This document shows positions 55,974 to 64,000 of a DNA stretch of 64,000 nt, piece by piece; within the stretch, counting starts at the first letter, position 1, and every line of letters starts with the position of its first letter. The DNA lies in contig CAXBMO010000008.1 of NCBI GenBank assembly GCA_963977015.1, positions 64,001-128,000 of the forward strand, given 5' to 3'. The position numbers and the translations under genes are program-made. Source of the DNA: an uncultured bacterium. Its GTDB lineage: Bacteria > Verrucomicrobiota > Verrucomicrobiia > Verrucomicrobiales > DEV007. The notes beneath the pieces were generated by a model, which had not been told where the DNA came from, did not search any database, and worked only from the letters and a program-made list of their open reading frames with translations.

Positions 55974-58900
55974 ATGGAAGCACTCATCACATGGTTCACC
56001 AAGAATCACGTCGCCGCCAATTTCCTGATGGCGTTCGTGGTGGTTTTGGGAATCACCACCTGGCCAACGCTGAAGTCCGAGATTTTTCCGGAAACTTCCA
56101 TGGACGCGTTTGTCGTGAGTGTGCCGTTTCCGAACGCGACTCCCGAGGAGGTGGAAAAAGGCGTGGTCGTCCCGATCGAGGAGGCGATTCAGGACCTCGA
56201 CGGCATCAAACGCATTCGCTCGACCGCTTCCCCCAGCGTCGGCTCCGTGGTGGTTGAGGCCGAAGTCGGCTACAAGGTCCGCGACCTGATGGACGACGCG
56301 AAAACGCGGATTGATGCGATTCAGAACTTTTCCGAGGAAGCCGAAGAACCGATCATCGAGGAACTCATCATCAAAAACAAGGTGCTGAGCATCGCCCTTT
56401 CCGCCCAGACCGATGAAAAGACGCTGGTTGATCTGACGGAGCAGGTTCGCGAGGCGTTGCTGGTCTACGGTGGCGGCCCTTCCCGAATTACTCAGGCCGT
56501 TGTCGCGGGGGCGCGTGAATACGAGATTTCGATTGAGGTCTCCGAGCATACCCTGCGCCAATATGGGCTCACTTTCGATCAAGTCGCGGCCGCCGTTCGC
56601 CGCTCTTCGCTGGACCTGCCGGGAGGATCGGTCAGGACGCCCGGTGGCGAGATTCTGATTCGGACCGAAAAGCGTCGCTACACCGCGCCCGAGTTCGATT
56701 CCATCACCGTGGTGACGCGGCCCGATGGTTCCTCGGTCAAGCTCGGCGAAATCGCGAAGGTCATTGACGGCTTTGAGGAGGTCGATCTCTCGAACCGCTT
56801 CGACAAACGGCCAGCCATGCTCATCAACGTCTACCGGGTCGGAAACGAGGACACATTGAAAGTCGCGAGTGCGGCCAAGAAATTTGTCTACGAGGAAGCG
56901 CCCAAGATTCTCCCGGACGGAGTGCAACTGGAGGTTTGGCAGGATGACTCGACCTACCTCTCCGGTCGCATGAACCTGCTGGCGAAAAACGGAATCGCCG
57001 GGCTTCTGCTCGTGGCGCTCGTGTTGACGCTCTTCCTCAGGCCTTCCCTGGCCCTGTTGGTCGCTCTCGGAATTCCGGTTTCCTTTGCCGGGGCCATCGC
57101 GATGATGCCCTACATGGGGATTTCGATCAACATGATCAGCCTCTTCGCGTTCATTCTCGTCCTCGGGATTGTGGTGGACGACGCGATTGTGGTTGGGGAG
57201 AATGTGTATCGCCGCATTCGCAACGGGGAAGATCCCAAAATCGCGGCACCGAAAGGAACCCATGAGGTGGGGGTCGTGGTGATCTTTGGAGTGATCACCA
57301 CCATGGTCGCGTTTACGCCGATGTTGGGACTCAGCGGGTTCAGTGGCAAAATTTGGCCGAACATTCCGCTTGTCGTCATTCCGACGCTCATGTTTTCGCT
57401 GGTTCAGTCGAAACTGATCCTGCCGGCGCACTTGAGTTATCTTCGGCCGCATGATCCGGATCGCAAAGTCGGGCCGATCATCAGATTTCAGCAGAAATTC
57501 GCCAATGGGTTGGAGATGATCATTGAGCGCTTCTATCGCCCATTTCTCAGGGTCTGCCTGAATGGCCGATATGCGGTCCTCTGCACCTTCATTGCCATTC
57601 TCGTGGTGACGATCATGACCGTCGTAACCGGGATCATCAAATTCACCTTTTTCCCGAACGTCGAAGCGGACATCGTCTCCGCGAAGCTTGAAATGCCGAC
57701 TGGCGTGCCGTTTGAGACAACATCCGAAGCGGTGCGGCAAATCGAGCGCGCGGCGGAAAAAATCAAGGAAGAGTATACCGACAACGAGGGACGTGCCGTG
57801 GTCAAACACATGCTGGCGAGCGTCGGCTTTCAGCCCTTTCAAACCGGGACCAACACGGAGGATTTTCCGGCCGCGGCGCACCTGGGAGAAGTGACGCTCG
57901 AGCTTCAACCCGCGAAAGATCGCGACATCACGGGGGACGAAATCGCTTCGATCTGGCGCAAGTATACCGGTGCGATTCCCGGGGCGGTCGATCTCGCGTT
58001 TCAGACTGTGGTCGCGGGGGGCGGCAACGCGATCGACCTGGAGATTTCCGGGGACGATCTCGATCAACTTGAACTGGCGGCCACCGAGGTCAAAGAGGCG
58101 TTGGCGGAATTCAAGGGTGTGATTGACATCGCGAGCAGCAACCGGGAGGGAAATCGCGAATTGAAGTTGGACATCAGTCCAAGTGCCGAGGCGCTCGGTT
58201 TGCGGTTGGACGATGTCGCGCGTCAGGCGCGCCAGGGATTTTATGGCGATGAAGTGCAACGGCTCCAGCGCGGTCGCGACGAGGTCCGCGTGTTTGTGCG
58301 CTACCCCGAGGATGAGCGGGAATCGATCACCAATCTGCTTCAAATGAAGGTGCGCGGCCCCGATGGCGCGGAGATTCCGTTTGGCGAAGTGGCGACGGCA
58401 GAGTGGGGGAGATCCTACGATTCAATTCAACGTTCCGGTCGAAGGCGCGCCGTGCGAATCACCGCCGATATTGATCAGACCTCGGGCGCCAATTCCAACG
58501 AGGTGGTCGCAGCCATTACCGCTCCGGACGGAGTGCTCTCGACCCTGGGCCAGAAATATCCGGGGATGTCGTATTCCTTCGAAGGTGAGCAAAAAGACCA
58601 GAACGACTCCATCAAGGAAATGATGGAAAAAGCGCTCCTTGCCCTGCTCATCATGTATGTGCTCATGGCGATTCCGTTGAAGTCCTATTTCCAGCCGATG
58701 ATCGTCATGTCCGTCATCCCGTTCGGTCTCGTCGGCGCCGTCTTCGGGCACCTCCTCATGGGCTTCAACTTCAGCATCATGTCGATGTGCGGAATCGTCG
58801 CACTGGCCGGTGTCGTCGTGAACGACAGCCTCGTCCTCGTCGACTACGTCAACCGTTATCGCGCCTCCGGCCACACCCTGGTCGAAGCGGCGTGGGAAGC

Positions 58901-59159
58901 GGGTGCCGCCCGATTCCGTCCGATTTTGCTCACTTCGATGACGACCTTTGCCGGCCTGACTCCGATGCTCCTCGAAACCGACATCCAGGCCCGCTTTCTC
59001 ATCCCCATGGCGGTCTCCCTCGCCTTCGGAATCCTCTTTGCGACGTTCATCACCCTGATTCTGATTCCGTCCGTCTACCTGATTCAGAACGATTTTTCGG
59101 TTCTTCTTGGAAAGCTTTTCGGGAAGGGTGGTGAGAAGCAACCGCTGGCGGACGGTTGA
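55974..59159 (+). CDS. AcrB/AcrD/AcrF-family RND permease
   Basis: 1061 aa; NHVAANFLM, LGIVVDDAIVVGEN, RFRPILLTS. Confidence 0.93.
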   Translation: MEALITWFTKNHVAANFLMAFVVVLGITTWPTLKSEIFPETSMDAFVVSVPFPNATPEEVEKGVVVPIEEAIQDLDGIKRIRSTASPSVGSVVVEAEVGYKVRDLMDDAKTRIDAIQNFSEEAEEPIIEELIIKNKVLSIALSAQTDEKTLVDLTEQVREALLVYGGGPSRITQAVVAGAREYEISIEVSEHTLRQYGLTFDQVAAAVRRSSLDLPGGSVRTPGGEILIRTEKRRYTAPEFDSITVVTRPDGSSVKLGEIAKVIDGFEEVDLSNRFDKRPAMLINVYRVGNEDTLKVASAAKKFVYEEAPKILPDGVQLEVWQDDSTYLSGRMNLLAKNGIAGLLLVALVLTLFLRPSLALLVALGIPVSFAGAIAMMPYMGISINMISLFAFILVLGIVVDDAIVVGENVYRRIRNGEDPKIAAPKGTHEVGVVVIFGVITTMVAFTPMLGLSGFSGKIWPNIPLVVIPTLMFSLVQSKLILPAHLSYLRPHDPDRKVGPIIRFQQKFANGLEMIIERFYRPFLRVCLNGRYAVLCTFIAILVVTIMTVVTGIIKFTFFPNVEADIVSAKLEMPTGVPFETTSEAVRQIERAAEKIKEEYTDNEGRAVVKHMLASVGFQPFQTGTNTEDFPAAAHLGEVTLELQPAKDRDITGDEIASIWRKYTGAIPGAVDLAFQTVVAGGGNAIDLEISGDDLDQLELAATEVKEALAEFKGVIDIASSNREGNRELKLDISPSAEALGLRLDDVARQARQGFYGDEVQRLQRGRDEVRVFVRYPEDERESITNLLQMKVRGPDGAEIPFGEVATAEWGRSYDSIQRSGRRRAVRITADIDQTSGANSNEVVAAITAPDGVLSTLGQKYPGMSYSFEGEQKDQNDSIKEMMEKALLALLIMYVLMAIPLKSYFQPMIVMSVIPFGLVGAVFGHLLMGFNFSIMSMCGIVALAGVVVNDSLVLVDYVNRYRASGHTLVEAAWEAGAARFRPILLTSMTTFAGLTPMLLETDIQARFLIPMAVSLAFGILFATFITLILIPSVYLIQNDFSVLLGKLFGKGGEKQPLADG

Positions 59160-59239
59160 AACCGATTCGAGTGAAGCCGGGCAAACGTCTTCTGCGGACG
59201 ACTGCTTGAATTCTTGGGGACGTTCCCTTTAGTCGCAGC

Positions 59240-60238
59240 ATGAGCGACGACGCAAAATCCCTTCAATCGTTTCCGGTCGCCAGTGGCGCGGCATTTCCTT
59301 CCATTGGTTTGGGCACGTGGAAGATTCCTCACGAGACGCTGCCCGGTTTGATTCCCACCGCGTTGGAGATCGGTTATCGGCATTTGGACTGTGCCTGCGA
59401 CTATGGGAACGAAGAAGCGGTTGGAGTTGGGCTCAAGGCGGCGTTGGACAAGGGAATTTGCTCCCGGGACGATGTCTGGGTGACCTCAAAATTGTGGAAC
59501 ACCTTTCACGAGCCCAAACACGTTCGCGCCGCTTGCGAGCGCTCCCTGCGCGATCTTCAACTCGATGAACTGGACTTGTATCTGGTCCATTTCCCGATTG
59601 CTTTGGAATATGTTTCCCCGGATGAACGTTATCCCCCGGGTTGGTTTTTCGACGATGCGAAGCCGGAGCTGGGAATGAAGCCGATTGAGGTTCCGTTGGC
59701 CGAGACGTGGGCGGCGATGGAGGCTCTGAAGGAGGCCGGGCTCGTCAAGGAGATCGGCGTCTGCAACCTGAACATTTCGTTACTGCGAGATTTGCTCACC
59801 ACCTGCTCGATCCGCCCTGCGGTTCACCAGGTTGAAATGCACCCGTATCTCACCCAGCCCCGGTTGATGCGTTACTGTGAGGCGGAGAAGATTCGCATCA
59901 CGGCGTTTTCTCCATTTGGGGCGAGTTCCTACGTTCCGCTCAACATGGCCAAGGCGGAAGAGTCACTCTTTGATGATCCGGTGATGCAGGCGATCGCGGA
60001 TCGGCATGGGCGCACGATCGGCCAGGTCGCGCTCCGCTGGGGGATTCAGCGCGAAACGGTCGTGATTCCCAAAACGCAGACCGAAACCCATTTGCGGGAG
60101 AACTTCTCGATCTTCGATTTTGAGCTGAGCGAAGACGATATGCAGCAAATTGAAGGATTGAATCAGCATCGCCGATTCAATGATCCCGGTGAATTTTGCG
60201 AAGCCGCGTTCAACACCTTTTTCCCGATTTTCGACTGA
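59240..60238 (+). CDS. aldo/keto reductase, xylose-reductase-like
   Basis: GLGTWK, DCACDYGNE, TSKLWN, LYLVHFP, IPK, RFNDP. Confidence 0.92.
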   Translation: MSDDAKSLQSFPVASGAAFPSIGLGTWKIPHETLPGLIPTALEIGYRHLDCACDYGNEEAVGVGLKAALDKGICSRDDVWVTSKLWNTFHEPKHVRAACERSLRDLQLDELDLYLVHFPIALEYVSPDERYPPGWFFDDAKPELGMKPIEVPLAETWAAMEALKEAGLVKEIGVCNLNISLLRDLLTTCSIRPAVHQVEMHPYLTQPRLMRYCEAEKIRITAFSPFGASSYVPLNMAKAEESLFDDPVMQAIADRHGRTIGQVALRWGIQRETVVIPKTQTETHLRENFSIFDFELSEDDMQQIEGLNQHRRFNDPGEFCEAAFNTFFPIFD

Positions 60239-60382
60239 TTTCTTAGGGTGCGTTCGACTGGTCTGGCCACCGCCTCAGGAAGCACCAGTCTATCCTCATT
60301 CCATGTCTTCTGTGGTTCGCCGCCGCGTGGCGCAACCGATGGTTGGGCTGATCTACGATCGGCCCATTACGGCTGGCCTTTT

Positions 60383-60604
60383 TTAGTCGTCCTGTTCCTC
60401 GCCTTCCCTCACCACCGTTTCCGGAGCGGCAAGCTCTTCATCATAATGCACCTGTTTCCGAGATTTGGCGGGAGGGACCTCTTCGACGAGCTCGCCGTCG
60501 CGCACGACGACCAACGGCGCTCCGGTCTGCCGGCTTCGCTCGGCGGCGACTTCATAGGCGCGATCCAAGGCCGCTTCGATTTTCTCACGCGTCAGGTTCA
60601 TCAT
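60383..60604 (-). CDS. small acidic protein, putative partner/antitoxin
   Basis: Overlaps the 3' end of the P-loop gene by 20 nt; GAPLVVVRDGELVE motif. Confidence 0.7.
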   Translation of the reverse strand: MMNLTREKIEAALDRAYEVAAERSRQTGAPLVVVRDGELVEEVPPAKSRKQVHYDEELAAPETVVREGEEQDD

Positions 60605-61118
60605 TTTTCGACTCTAACAGCTTCCGCTTACCCGCATTATCGTAGAGATACCAGTCATCGACAATCGGTTTGTAGATATCGTGGAAATTGCGCAGCCCTT
60701 TCTCGAATCGGCGCTCGATGTCTTCCGGGGGGATGTTATGCCCGCCGTGTTGCACGCGGGCAGCCACCCGCTTCTTCGATTGCAGGGCGGATTGGAGCTT
60801 TAGATAGATTAGCGTCACTTTGTAGCCTTGTTTCTTCCAGTCCAAGATTCGGCGCACCCAAGCCTTGCCGCTCAGTGTCGTTTCGATGCAGAAACTGGCC
60901 CGGTTCTCGACCTGTTCGCCGATGGCTGTAAACATTTGCCGGCCGGCTTGCACCGCGACGGCTTCGGGATGGTCCGGATTCAGCTCAGCGGCGATCACAT
61001 CGGCGTTGATGAAGGGCATGTCGGGGATTTCGTTGCCGATGATCTCCAGCGCAAAGGTCGTCTTCCCAGCCCCATTGGGCCCGGCGACGATCAGCACTTC
61101 CGGCGGTTCCGCATCCAT
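60585..61118 (-). CDS. zeta-toxin-like P-loop kinase/ATPase
   Basis: AGPNGAGKTT, FINADVIA, ETTLSG, RVAARVQHGGHNIP. Confidence 0.88.
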   Translation of the reverse strand: MDAEPPEVLIVAGPNGAGKTTFALEIIGNEIPDMPFINADVIAAELNPDHPEAVAVQAGRQMFTAIGEQVENRASFCIETTLSGKAWVRRILDWKKQGYKVTLIYLKLQSALQSKKRVAARVQHGGHNIPPEDIERRFEKGLRNFHDIYKPIVDDWYLYDNAGKRKLLESKNDEPDA

Positions 61119-61264
61119 CTCGGCTCAAACCGGAAACCGGTAGCCAATCCAAGTCAATGCCGACTTCGAGAACTCGTTTCGCGATAATCAACGATTGACT
61201 CGGGGATGAACGGAAAGCGGGATCCTGGTTGCGCAGGGCCGGGGGCCGTTTCATAGATGCCGTC

Positions 61265-63382
61265 ATGAAAATCCCGCTGCGACATGGAGTATTTCTGGCG
61301 CTTTTTCTCTGGCCGTGGCTGTGCCAGTCGGAAACGCAGCGTCCCAATGTCATCCTCTACATGGCCGATGACATGGGGTTGGGAGATACCAGCGCTTATC
61401 AGGATTTTACCGGCAACGCCGATGACGTCCAGGTGGCGACGCCGAACATGGAACGCCTTGCCCGGATGGGAGTGCGCTTCACTGATGCCCACACCCCGGC
61501 TTCGCGCTGCACTCCGACGCGTTACGGGTTGTTGACGGGACGTTATCCGTGGCGAAATCGGCTAAAGTGGTGGGTGCTCTTTGGCTCGCAGGGCGATCCC
61601 ATGATAGAAGCCGGTCGTCCCACGCTGGGAACCCTGTTTCAAAGCGCGGGCTATGGAACGGCGATGTTCGGGAAATGGCACGTTGGCCTGCGCTACCGCC
61701 AGGCCGACGGCAAACCCGCAGCTGGTTGGGAAGACGCGGATCTGTCCCAACCCATGCACACGACTCCGCTGGATCACGGGTTTGATTTGGTTCGATTCAC
61801 GTCGCGTTCGCACGGAACGTCCGGTCCGGGGATGAAGGCAAAGGGCGATTCCAAGAGAAATGGCCCAAACCAGAAGGTGGGGCCGGGACACATCGATGGG
61901 CGTAAGATCGTTGGCGCGACGGGGAATGGGAAGGAACTTGTGACGGAAGGTCCGGATGCCTACGTGCTGACCAAGTTGGGAAGCCGCCATTCGGACAACG
62001 CAATCCGTTATCTGGATTCGCATCTCGCCGGTGCGGCGAATGCGGAAAAACCCTTCTTCCTCTACTACCCATCGAATTCGAATCACGGTCCCTACACGCC
62101 GGATGAGTCGATCGGAGGAGTGCCAGTGGCGGGAGCTTCCCGAACCAAATCCGGCAAACCGATGGATGCGCGGCATGACTACATTTACGAGAACGATGTC
62201 GCATTGGGGTGCTTGTTGGATTATCTCGAGGCGAACGAGGATCCGAGGAATCCTGGGAAAAAGCTCTCAGAAACGACCTTGGTCAGCTTTACGAGCGACA
62301 ACGGAGCCGAGAAGAAATCAACCATCGCGACGGGGCCTTTTCGAAGTCACAAAGGGTCCTGTTACGAGGGCGGTCACCGCGTCCCGTTTTTGGTCAGTTG
62401 GGCGGAGGGAGGAATTGGCGATGGTGATGCGGAAACGGTTGGCGTGACCAGTGCTGCTCCGATCGGGTTGGTGGATCTGTTTGCGACGTTTTCCGAAATT
62501 CTTGGGCAACCGCTTCCGGACCTGTCAGCAGGAGAAAAGGGTGGGGAAGACAGCGCTGGTGTTCTGATGGCTTTCCGGGGGGAAGAGATGACGACTCGGG
62601 CGCCGATGTTCTACAGCGATCACAAAGAGGCGAGCAGGACCGATCCGGCTGTTCTGGCGATGCGACTCGATCATCCCGAAGTCGGCGGCCAGGTGGTTCC
62701 GGGAAAATGGAAGGTGTTCTTTGATGCCAAATTGGTTCGGGAAGGTGTCGCGGTACCGTTTGAACTTTACGACTTGAGCACGGATCAATGGGAACAGACG
62801 AATCGCCTTGGCGAAAGCGAACTGAAGCCGTTGGTGGAGCACCTATCCGCCGTTGCAGAGTGTCATCGCAATGCGGGAGGGCATCGCCTTGCCGGCATGA
62901 GTTCTGCAGAGCGCGTGGTTTTTGAATTTGGTTCCCTTCATGAGCAGTCGGCGAGTGCGGCGACGTTGACTCATGGAGGGCTGAGTTTGGTGATGAGCGC
63001 GGCGAAGGGGCCGGAGATTCTCGCGGATCGCAAATTCAGGATCAACGATCGCGGCTTGGGCGTCGGTGGCGGAAAGTTCGATCAGGTCGAGAGCGGCGAG
63101 GCCTTGCTGATCAGTTTTGATCGGGACGTGATATTGGAGGGCGCGGAGATTGTGGCTGGAAATGGCGTCTGCGGCGGATTTTATGAGGTGGGATCTCACG
63201 CTCCGCTCGCGATTTACTGTGTCGATGCCGACAACGATGCGAAGGAACAACAGGGAATTCTCAGCGATCTCGGCGTTCTGCGGAAAGGCGAAACGCTCCG
63301 ATTGGACAGCAGTCCCCATTTTGGCGTCGAAGCCGCCGGCCAATGGCGCCTGCGAAGCTTGGCGGTTCGACCCTTGAACTAA
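61265..63382 (+). CDS. sulfatase with an extra C-terminal domain
   Basis: PNVILYMADDMG, CTPTRYGLLTG, GKWHVG, TSDNG, EGGHRVP; probable ATG 61265. Confidence 0.9.
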   Translation: MKIPLRHGVFLALFLWPWLCQSETQRPNVILYMADDMGLGDTSAYQDFTGNADDVQVATPNMERLARMGVRFTDAHTPASRCTPTRYGLLTGRYPWRNRLKWWVLFGSQGDPMIEAGRPTLGTLFQSAGYGTAMFGKWHVGLRYRQADGKPAAGWEDADLSQPMHTTPLDHGFDLVRFTSRSHGTSGPGMKAKGDSKRNGPNQKVGPGHIDGRKIVGATGNGKELVTEGPDAYVLTKLGSRHSDNAIRYLDSHLAGAANAEKPFFLYYPSNSNHGPYTPDESIGGVPVAGASRTKSGKPMDARHDYIYENDVALGCLLDYLEANEDPRNPGKKLSETTLVSFTSDNGAEKKSTIATGPFRSHKGSCYEGGHRVPFLVSWAEGGIGDGDAETVGVTSAAPIGLVDLFATFSEILGQPLPDLSAGEKGGEDSAGVLMAFRGEEMTTRAPMFYSDHKEASRTDPAVLAMRLDHPEVGGQVVPGKWKVFFDAKLVREGVAVPFELYDLSTDQWEQTNRLGESELKPLVEHLSAVAECHRNAGGHRLAGMSSAERVVFEFGSLHEQSASAATLTHGGLSLVMSAAKGPEILADRKFRINDRGLGVGGGKFDQVESGEALLISFDRDVILEGAEIVAGNGVCGGFYEVGSHAPLAIYCVDADNDAKEQQGILSDLGVLRKGETLRLDSSPHFGVEAAGQWRLRSLAVRPLN

Positions 63383-63423
63383 ATTCTTGTCGATCCTCCA
63401 AAGCCTGCTCATGCTTCGACTTC

Positions 63424-64000
63424 ATGAAAGCCCTGTTTCAACCCCCGCTCCTCCTCGGCCTGCTCTTGGCTGGGGTTTTTGCTTCCGTCAGCCATGCGGC
63501 TGAGACCCCGAATGTCATTGTCATCATGGCGGATGATTTGGGCTATGGCGATCTCTCCTGCTATGGCGCGACGAAATTCAAAACGCCGCACATCGACCAA
63601 TTGGCGGCGGAAGGGATTCGCTTCACAAGTGGCTACTGCTCGGCCTCGACCTGCACGCCGACCCGCTATTCGTTTTTGACCGGCAACTACGCCTTCCGCA
63701 CCAAGGGAACCGGAATCGCGCCGCCGAACGGGCCTGCGATCATCAAACCGGGAATGATGACCCTGCCGTCCCTGCTGAAGAAAGCCGGTTACCAGACGGC
63801 GGTGATCGGGAAATGGCACCTTGGTCTTGGTGGACCGGACGGACCGGACTGGAATGGCGAGTTGAAGCCGGGTCCGCGGGAAATTGGCTTCGACTACAAC
63901 TTTCTTCTGCCGACCACGAACGACCGCGTTCCTCAAGTCTACGTCGAAAACAGCCGCGTTCTCAATCTCGACCCCGCCGATCCTCTTTGGGTGGGGAGGA
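63424..64000 (+). CDS. arylsulfatase, truncated by the window edge
   Basis: Not in the ORF track (no stop); my translation gives MKALFQPP...PNVIVIMADDLGYGD...CTPTRYSFLTG...GKWHLG. Confidence 0.92.
   Translation, partial: MKALFQPPLLLGLLLAGVFASVSHAAETPNVIVIMADDLGYGDLSCYGATKFKTPHIDQLAAEGIRFTSGYCSASTCTPTRYSFLTGNYAFRTKGTGIAPPNGPAIIKPGMMTLPSLLKKAGYQTAVIGKWHLGLGGPDGPDWNGELKPGPREIGFDYNFLLPTTNDRVPQVYVENSRVLNLDPADPLWVGR

Noticed and set aside
1-64000. CRISPR arrays, tRNA/rRNA, prophage, transposase or integrase genes
   Set aside because: No repeat-spacer periodicity, cloverleaf, rRNA-like tract or matching protein motifs seen by eye

Overview
GC-rich bacterial chromosomal window, most likely Verrucomicrobiota (PVC superphylum). 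This is inferred from PVC-typical families: DUF1553/DUF1501 and DUF1592/DUF1552 pairs, a PVC-type heme-binding CxxCH protein, several sulfatases and ECF sigma/FecR-type regulators. Contents in order: two secreted metallophosphoesterases with a membrane protein; a DUF1501/DUF1553 pair; a ~200 bp MITE-like palindromic element; a giant cytoplasmic 2xGAF/9xPAS hybrid kinase; a heavy-metal RND efflux locus flanked by two ECF systems; a lone ORF between two attC-like hairpins; a sulfatase-rich locus with sigma/FecR, DUF1592 and DUF1552; an epimerase/DHDPS-like pair; ppc; LPS genes; a NarL-type two-component pair; a ~197 nt rod-like intergenic hairpin; pyrE; orphan creC; rfaD; an orphan RND permease; an aldo-keto reductase; a zeta-toxin-like pair; and more sulfatases. 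In the efflux locus the periplasmic adaptor gene is frameshifted, and one ECF module is cnrYXH-like with a shared motif (GTGGGGT-N14-CGTTnA) in front of both divergent operons. No rRNA, tRNA, CRISPR array, integrase or transposase was seen. All family calls come from motifs recognised by eye, with no database searches.
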